Sequence record: PZ583739.1
Length of the DNA stretch: 64,000 bases
Strand: one strand, 5' to 3'
DNA from: a phage
Part shown: positions 59,660 to 64,000 of the stretch, piece by piece
Layout: the number at the start of each line of letters is the position of its first letter
How positions within the stretch are numbered: the first letter of the stretch is position 1
Notes under the pieces: model-generated
What the model was told of the DNA's origin: nothing
What the model saw: the letters and a program-made list of their open reading frames with translations, nothing else
Databases searched by the model: none
Translations under genes and position numbers: made by a program

Positions 59660-60396
59660 TACTTCCAAAAATGGCCGTTTGACCTATACATTCGGCCTGT
59701 CTTTTTATTTCTTTTACAAGCTGTGTATATATTTTGAGTATTGCCCGCCAATTGTAATAATTCCTTTGCCTCAGCTCCCGAATTATACTTTTCAAGTATA
59801 TTACCAAATTCATCGCATCTACAAACCGGTGTTCCAGTTGCCTTTCGGCATGCTTCTCGCCGCAACTTTTTCGTTTCTTCGGTTTGCGGATTTTCTTTAA
59901 ATCTTCTCATTTGTGCATCGCGATTCTTTTGCCGTTGTTCATCAGTAACTGGATTATTTTGATAATACAATTTTAATGAGTTAGCTATTTTACTTTTGGT
60001 TTTATCAGACACAGGGTGGTCGTTATGTCGCTTGTGTAAAGCAATTAACATTTTGTCTTTAAACTCGGATTGACTCCATAAGTTTGACATATGTTCACTA
60101 ACGGCTTTACTATGTTCTTTTCGCATCCATTCATATTTTGCGCTATCAAATTTGTCACCGCACATCCGGTGTATAGCAAACATTAATTTAGAAAGTCGAT
60201 AAATTTTAAAAAGTAACAAATGTGCAATAAAATGTTCTCTTGCTGATAACAATACCAAATTATCTTCGGTGTCAGGTCCACCCAAACACCTTGGTAGTAT
60301 ATGATGGGACTCCGTATAAAATGGGATATTCTTTTTGTTTAGGCCCCTTGCGAGGCCTTTGTCTATTAATTTATTATATAATTTTAGATAATTCAT
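59629..60396 (-). CDS. free-standing HNH homing endonuclease (mob-like mobile element)
   Basis: 255 aa; HNH core ESHHILPRCLGGPDTEDNLVLLSAREHFIAH; basic C-terminal region; ATG overlaps the gene 61 TGA stop (ATGA). Confidence 0.8.
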   Translation of the reverse strand: MNYLKLYNKLIDKGLARGLNKKNIPFYTESHHILPRCLGGPDTEDNLVLLSAREHFIAHLLLFKIYRLSKLMFAIHRMCGDKFDSAKYEWMRKEHSKAVSEHMSNLWSQSEFKDKMLIALHKRHNDHPVSDKTKSKIANSLKLYYQNNPVTDEQRQKNRDAQMRRFKENPQTEETKKLRREACRKATGTPVCRCDEFGNILEKYNSGAEAKELLQLAGNTQNIYTACKRNKKTGRMYRSNGHFWKYQDEEGIPVK

Positions 60397-61421
60397 ATTT
60401 TTGCATATTTGGATAATCGAAGTTTTGCCATTAAACCTTGTGCAATATTATCATTCATATAGGCTTCAATTTGCTCAGGCGTTGCTCCTTCCGATTTAAT
60501 CATTTCATTTATATCTTTCGTATGCCACGGTGCGTTGTCCCAGAACATAACAGCTTCTCCTGCATCGACTAATTTCTTCATACGTTTAATCGTATCAGGA
60601 TGTCTTGCTTCTGAATCCATCACCCATACTCTGGTTTCTGGGTAAGGAACAGCTTCCAATGCTAATGTTCCACCGGTTATCGCAATGCTGTTAGGGATAA
60701 ACAAACTATCAATTGGACCTTCCATTACCCATACGCGTTTACGCTCATCAATCTTGTCTACGCCATAGACTTTGGAAGCTTCTGGGTGAGCTTTGATTGT
60801 GATATATTTTTGTGGTGCATCTTTGCGAAGAGCTCGTCCTTGGAAAGATTCGATTTCTTTTTTGCCGTTGAAGATAGGAATAACCAAGCGTGGTTCATTC
60901 GTTTCATTCTTATACGTCCCAGGATTAACGGAGTTAACTAATGCAGGCCATTTGTTTGTAAACCATAACCGGTTCCAAACATTGCTCGGAATACACCGAC
61001 TTTTTACATACTTAATTATCGGATGTGCTTCTGGTAAAGTATCGAGTCTTTCACAAAAAGCAAGCTGCTCAATAACCGGAGTTTTTTCTGGTTCTTTCGG
61101 AGCTTCTGCAACTTCAGTGCGTTGTCGCCCAAATGCATTCTCCTTATACTTCTCAACCATATATTCCCGGTGTAAATCCGGCTCAAACTCTTTTATGTAT
61201 TTGCTTATATGCGTGGAGTAGTCACAGTTAAAACATTTCACGTAAACCGCGCCATCAGTCGGATTAGTATACGCCCAGAATCGAGCCTTGTGTGAATCTT
61301 TCTGGGAGTCCCCACAAACCTTGCAACGACAGTTTGCTTTAAATGTGCTCCCGGTGACTTCTCTATAACGTGGTTGATACGATAAAGCTCTGACTGCAAA
61401 TTCTTTATCAATATATGACAT
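60393..61421 (-). CDS. 61: DNA primase gp61
   Basis: 342 aa; zinc motif ...CKVCGDSQKD...C.NCDY...; ...VMEGPIDSLFIPNSIAITGG...; C-terminal IAQGLMAKLRLSKYAKI match T4 gp61 as remembered. Confidence 0.92.
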   Translation of the reverse strand: MSYIDKEFAVRALSYQPRYREVTGSTFKANCRCKVCGDSQKDSHKARFWAYTNPTDGAVYVKCFNCDYSTHISKYIKEFEPDLHREYMVEKYKENAFGRQRTEVAEAPKEPEKTPVIEQLAFCERLDTLPEAHPIIKYVKSRCIPSNVWNRLWFTNKWPALVNSVNPGTYKNETNEPRLVIPIFNGKKEIESFQGRALRKDAPQKYITIKAHPEASKVYGVDKIDERKRVWVMEGPIDSLFIPNSIAITGGTLALEAVPYPETRVWVMDSEARHPDTIKRMKKLVDAGEAVMFWDNAPWHTKDINEMIKSEGATPEQIEAYMNDNIAQGLMAKLRLSKYAKI

Positions 61422-61453
61422 AGTTTCCTCATTTCAATGGCCCCGAAGGACCA

Positions 61454-61621
61454 TTATACTGTAGGTTTATCGTCTTTGTTCTTACGCTTTTTTGATGGGA
61501 TTTGTTCAGGGCCTTTATTGACAACTGCCCCGGAAGTGGTACCTGTTGCGATATTAGTTGGGTTTCCACCCGCATCACCGGCAACCATATTTTCGTTGAT
61601 AAAATCTTTGAATGTTTTCAT
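61454..61621 (-). CDS. small protein (55 aa), not in ORF track
   Basis: ATG 61621, TAA 61454; MKTFKDFINENMVAGDAGGNPTNIATGTTSGAVVNKGPEQIPSKKRKNKDDKPTV. Confidence 0.3.
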   Translation of the reverse strand: MKTFKDFINENMVAGDAGGNPTNIATGTTSGAVVNKGPEQIPSKKRKNKDDKPTV

Positions 61622-61640
61622 AACACCCCCTTTCCGCTAT

Positions 61641-61832
61641 TTATACAACGAAGATAGCTTTATCACCATTTGCATCAGTCACTTCATAAGTGTCTTCATG
61701 ATACAACGGAATAATCCAGGTAACACCATCATCAGCGATAACATGGATTGCTTCTTGGTCTTGCGATACGATTTCATATTCTTCAAAAATCTGGAAGACA
61801 GAAATCTTAGAGCCCGTACACATTGCACTCAT
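61641..61832 (-). CDS. hypothetical protein
   Basis: 63-aa ORF. Confidence 0.4.
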   Translation of the reverse strand: MSAMCTGSKISVFQIFEEYEIVSQDQEAIHVIADDGVTWIIPLYHEDTYEVTDANGDKAIFVV

Positions 61833-62028
61833 ATTGTTCCCTTCTTTTAATCAGTTGACGATGTGCCTTTTTAAGTTTACGAATCTGGCGTTTAGTTGGT
61901 CGAGCAACGTAAGCTTGAGTAGTTACTCGTCCAAAAACTCCGTACTTGGGAGACGGAGTGTCAATAAAGACTTCCCATTGACAAGAGTAACTATATATTG
62001 CTTTAGAGAATTGGGTCAAAACAAACAT
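61807..62028 (-). CDS. hypothetical protein
   Basis: 73-aa basic ORF. Confidence 0.4.
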   Translation of the reverse strand: MFVLTQFSKAIYSYSCQWEVFIDTPSPKYGVFGRVTTQAYVARPTKRQIRKLKKAHRQLIKRREQYECNVYGL

Positions 62029-62029
62029 A

Positions 62030-62380
62030 TTAACCTCGCTTCATGAAGGCATTAAAAATCTGGTCGTCGACAGACTGTTCTTGAGCTTTGCCTACCCCAT
62101 TCAAAATGTCGTTCGCTTCATCAGATAACATGACTCCAATTTTGGGATTTCCCGTTATCCAGGCGGCGCAATCACGCACATTCTTTTTATCAAACGGATA
62201 ACCGCGAGTATCTTCATAAGGTCCTTTCATTACCAGGAATGAGCGAGCCTTTATGATAATATCATCTTTAACGATAATATAACCAATCGCCTGATTAAAC
62301 CGAGGGTCGCGGAATTCATAATGAGCATTACCATCATTATTGCTCGCCAGTTCAAAATTCAGAAAATTGTAATCATTCAT
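62030..62380 (-). CDS. hypothetical protein, paralog sharing C-terminus with the 62382 gene
   Basis: 116 aa ending SVDDQIFNAFMKRG. Confidence 0.45.
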   Translation of the reverse strand: MNDYNFLNFELASNNDGNAHYEFRDPRFNQAIGYIIVKDDIIIKARSFLVMKGPYEDTRGYPFDKKNVRDCAAWITGNPKIGVMLSDEANDILNGVGKAQEQSVDDQIFNAFMKRG

Positions 62381-62381
62381 A

Positions 62382-62819
62382 TTAATCTCGCTTCATGAAA
62401 GCATTAAAAATCTGGTCGTCAACTGAATAAACAGGGGTTTCCAGAATTTTCAAAAGACTGTTTTTGATGTACTTGCCAGGGATACCCATATTAACAATAC
62501 TGTCATTCAATTCATTATCAGGGTTGATGTCTTTAAATTCAAACCCGTCAAACTCAACCTTGTCAGGAATACCATCAGCGAAAAAATAAACCAATTGGTG
62601 CATTGTATTGCACGAAAATAATTTGGACTTGACCGCAATAAGTTCTTTCCAATGGTTTAATTCTTTGTTAAGAAGCTTATGAGCAAACGTAATTCTATCA
62701 TCACTATCAACAAGAAAATAACCCAGGTATTGATGGTCGTCGCTCCAAAACGCCCTGTATGCTTGTGCATTTGGATTTTTACAACGAAGTTTTTTGATAA
62801 CTAAATTTCTGTTAATCAT
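62382..62819 (-). CDS. hypothetical protein, paralog sharing C-terminus with the 62030 gene
   Basis: start reset to ATG 62819; ends SVDDQIFNAFMKRD. Confidence 0.45.
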   Translation of the reverse strand: MINRNLVIKKLRCKNPNAQAYRAFWSDDHQYLGYFLVDSDDRITFAHKLLNKELNHWKELIAVKSKLFSCNTMHQLVYFFADGIPDKVEFDGFEFKDINPDNELNDSIVNMGIPGKYIKNSLLKILETPVYSVDDQIFNAFMKRD

Positions 62820-62820
62820 T

Positions 62821-63114
62821 TTATTCACCTGTAACCCATTGAACAATCTTGCTGTTGTCAAATGAAGCATCGCAATACAGAACATAGTTATACTGCATAA
62901 CGTCACCAGAAGTCAATTGGTCAGATACTTCTTTAACCATATCAGGGCGGTCACGTTTAGTAATATTCATGATATCAGCATAAATCTGATGTTCAACATC
63001 AGTCTGGTCAGCAGTCATAGACCACTCACAAAGGTCTTTATCAAGTCCAGCAGTAACTGGAGCTGTACCACATGATGCTACGGTAAGAATTGCTGCGATT
63101 AATAACTTTTTCAT
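62821..63114 (-). CDS. sp: Spackle periplasmic protein
   Basis: 97 aa; signal peptide MKKLLIAAILTVASC...; ...DKDLCEWSMTADQTDVEHQIYADIMNITKRDRP... and ...VMQYNYVLYCD... match T4 Sp as remembered. Confidence 0.85.
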   Translation of the reverse strand: MKKLLIAAILTVASCGTAPVTAGLDKDLCEWSMTADQTDVEHQIYADIMNITKRDRPDMVKEVSDQLTSGDVMQYNYVLYCDASFDNSKIVQWVTGE

Positions 63115-63134
63115 TTCAATCTCCTCAGTAGTTG

Positions 63135-63172
63135 ATAGGGATAATATACTGCATTACCCCTTTGATGTAAAC
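63135..63172 (-). promoter_or_regulatory. early promoter upstream of sp
   Basis: minus strand GTTTAC (63167-63172 rc) ... TATATTAT; leader CCCTATCAACTACTGAGGAG. Confidence 0.4.
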
Positions 63173-63174
63173 TG

Positions 63175-63378
63175 TTATTTTTCGTTAGAACGATAATCAT
63201 ATTCAAAAACTTTATTGTCATTAACAAAGGCTTTAACCAGCGCATTATTCACTTCTGCATACTGCACTGTAACCCATTCAATCATATTTTTGTCACTGAC
63301 ATCCAGCGCGGTTTCTTTGGTAAACATATTACCATTTTCAAACCAACCAATAAACACTACGTTCTCTAATTTATACAT
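63175..63378 (-). CDS. dmd: Dmd, inhibitor of RnlA/LsoA toxins
   Basis: 67 aa; ...VVFIGWFENGNMFTKE... and ...VQYAEVNNALVKAFVNDNKV... match T4 Dmd (gene 61.5) as remembered. Confidence 0.85.
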   Translation of the reverse strand: MYKLENVVFIGWFENGNMFTKETALDVSDKNMIEWVTVQYAEVNNALVKAFVNDNKVFEYDYRSNEK

Positions 63379-63696
63379 TTAGATTTCCTCACAGAAGGCC
63401 CAGTCAGCGTGATAAACTGTTGCGCCTTTAGTATCATTTAAACAAACCACGTCAACAGGTGCAATCACACGATAAAGACGGGGTTCTCCTCCATATGAGC
63501 GAGCTGCTCTTCCTGCATAGATACGTGCCAAACCAATATCTTCAGTAAAAAACACACGCCCTAAATTTTTCTTACGCCCAACTTCTGACAGAACACCAGT
63601 TGCATCAGGAGGGCAAAGCATATTTTGGATTCCAGCATTAGAGCTTGACCCATGATAATAAACTTTGTATTCTGCCTTGCAATCAATGGTTTTCAT
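63379..63696 (-). CDS. hypothetical protein, unassigned; candidate counter-defence gene
   Basis: 105 aa; stop abuts the dmd ATG; MKTIDCKAEYKVYYHGSSSNAGIQNMLCPPDATGVLSEVGRKKNLGRVFFTEDIGLARIYAG...; own promoter cassette upstream. Confidence 0.5.
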   Translation of the reverse strand: MKTIDCKAEYKVYYHGSSSNAGIQNMLCPPDATGVLSEVGRKKNLGRVFFTEDIGLARIYAGRAARSYGGEPRLYRVIAPVDVVCLNDTKGATVYHADWAFCEEI

Positions 63697-63722
63697 TTTA
63701 TTCTCCAGTAGTTGATAGGGTC

Positions 63723-63755
63723 ATTATAACATAAGAAAAAGGGGCTGTAAGCCCC
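63723..63755 (-). promoter_or_regulatory. composite terminator hairpin / early promoter
   Basis: hairpin GGGGC-tgtaa-GCCCC (63741-63755) then T-run and TTATAAT on the minus strand, leader CCCTATCAACTACTGGAGAATAAA. Confidence 0.4.
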
Positions 63756-63767
63756 TTTTAAAATATT

Positions 63768-64000
63768 TTAAAATTTCATTTGAGCAGCAAGGTCGTCCAG
63801 GTCGCTCCTGTTGACCCTGGTTTGTCGATTCATTTCAGCCTGGCGATTCATCTCACCGGTGGCTTCTTTAACTGTAGGGCCTTGTTTAGGAGCCGAATCA
63901 TCATCAACCTCATACCAGCGCTGATTACCTTTCTTAACACCCATCTTGAATTTATTATAGTAGTTCTTATCACCATAACGAGACTTAAGCTGTTTGATTA
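63768..64000 (-). CDS. 3' end (C-terminal ~77 aa) of a gene running off the right edge; probably gene 41 helicase by synteny
   Basis: open frame ends ...VNRSDLDDLAAQMKF with TAA at 63768-63770; T4 places gene 41 after dmd. Confidence 0.4.
   Translation of the reverse strand, partial: IKQLKSRYGDKNYYNKFKMGVKKGNQRWYEVDDDSAPKQGPTVKEATGEMNRQAEMNRQTRVNRSDLDDLAAQMKF

Noticed and set aside
59529-59900. 123-aa plus-strand ORF
   Set aside because: Mostly antisense to the HNH endonuclease gene and overlaps the second tandem small ORF in another frame; no SD.
61437-61850. 137-aa plus-strand ORF
   Set aside because: Antisense to the minus-strand small genes of the 61.x cluster.

Overview
This window reads as a T4-like (Tevenvirinae) myovirus genome segment. 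All calls rest on reading the six-frame translations by eye against T4 proteins and gene order as I remember them; no alignment or database search was run. The minus strand carries a dense early/middle gene block, and one plus-strand late block encodes the long tail fibre genes 34-35-36-37-38 and holin t. Gene order follows T4: 30.x region, rIII, 31, cd, pseT, spanins, alc, rnlA(63), denA, nrdB, nrdA, td, frd, 32, 59, 33, dsbA, rnh | 34-38, t | asiA, motA, 52, ndd, rIIB, rIIA, 39, dexA, dda, ADP-ribosyltransferase pair, soc, 56, 61, sp, dmd, and a probable gene 41 3' end. Differences from T4 that I can see: gene 39 is a single fused 610-aa ORF, td and nrdB are uninterrupted, gp38 is a T2-type glycine-rich adhesin, and two free-standing homing endonuclease genes (GIY-YIG at 47683-48483, HNH at 59629-60396) sit at gene junctions. 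The minus-strand intergenic regions are populated by a repeated cassette of early promoter, stem-loop and conserved leader/SD, resembling the PeSL cassettes described for some T4-type phages. The most interesting candidates for undescribed function are an unassigned 105-aa gene abutting dmd (63379-63696), a HAD-hydrolase/NADAR-domain gene pair (183-1471), and tandem small membrane-protein paralogs on the otherwise unused plus strand (59247-59659). Many ORF-track starts use TTG/GTG or are over-extended; several were re-set to downstream ATGs with a Shine-Dalgarno, and several sub-60-aa genes missed by the track are added at low confidence. No rRNA, tRNA or CRISPR array was recognised.
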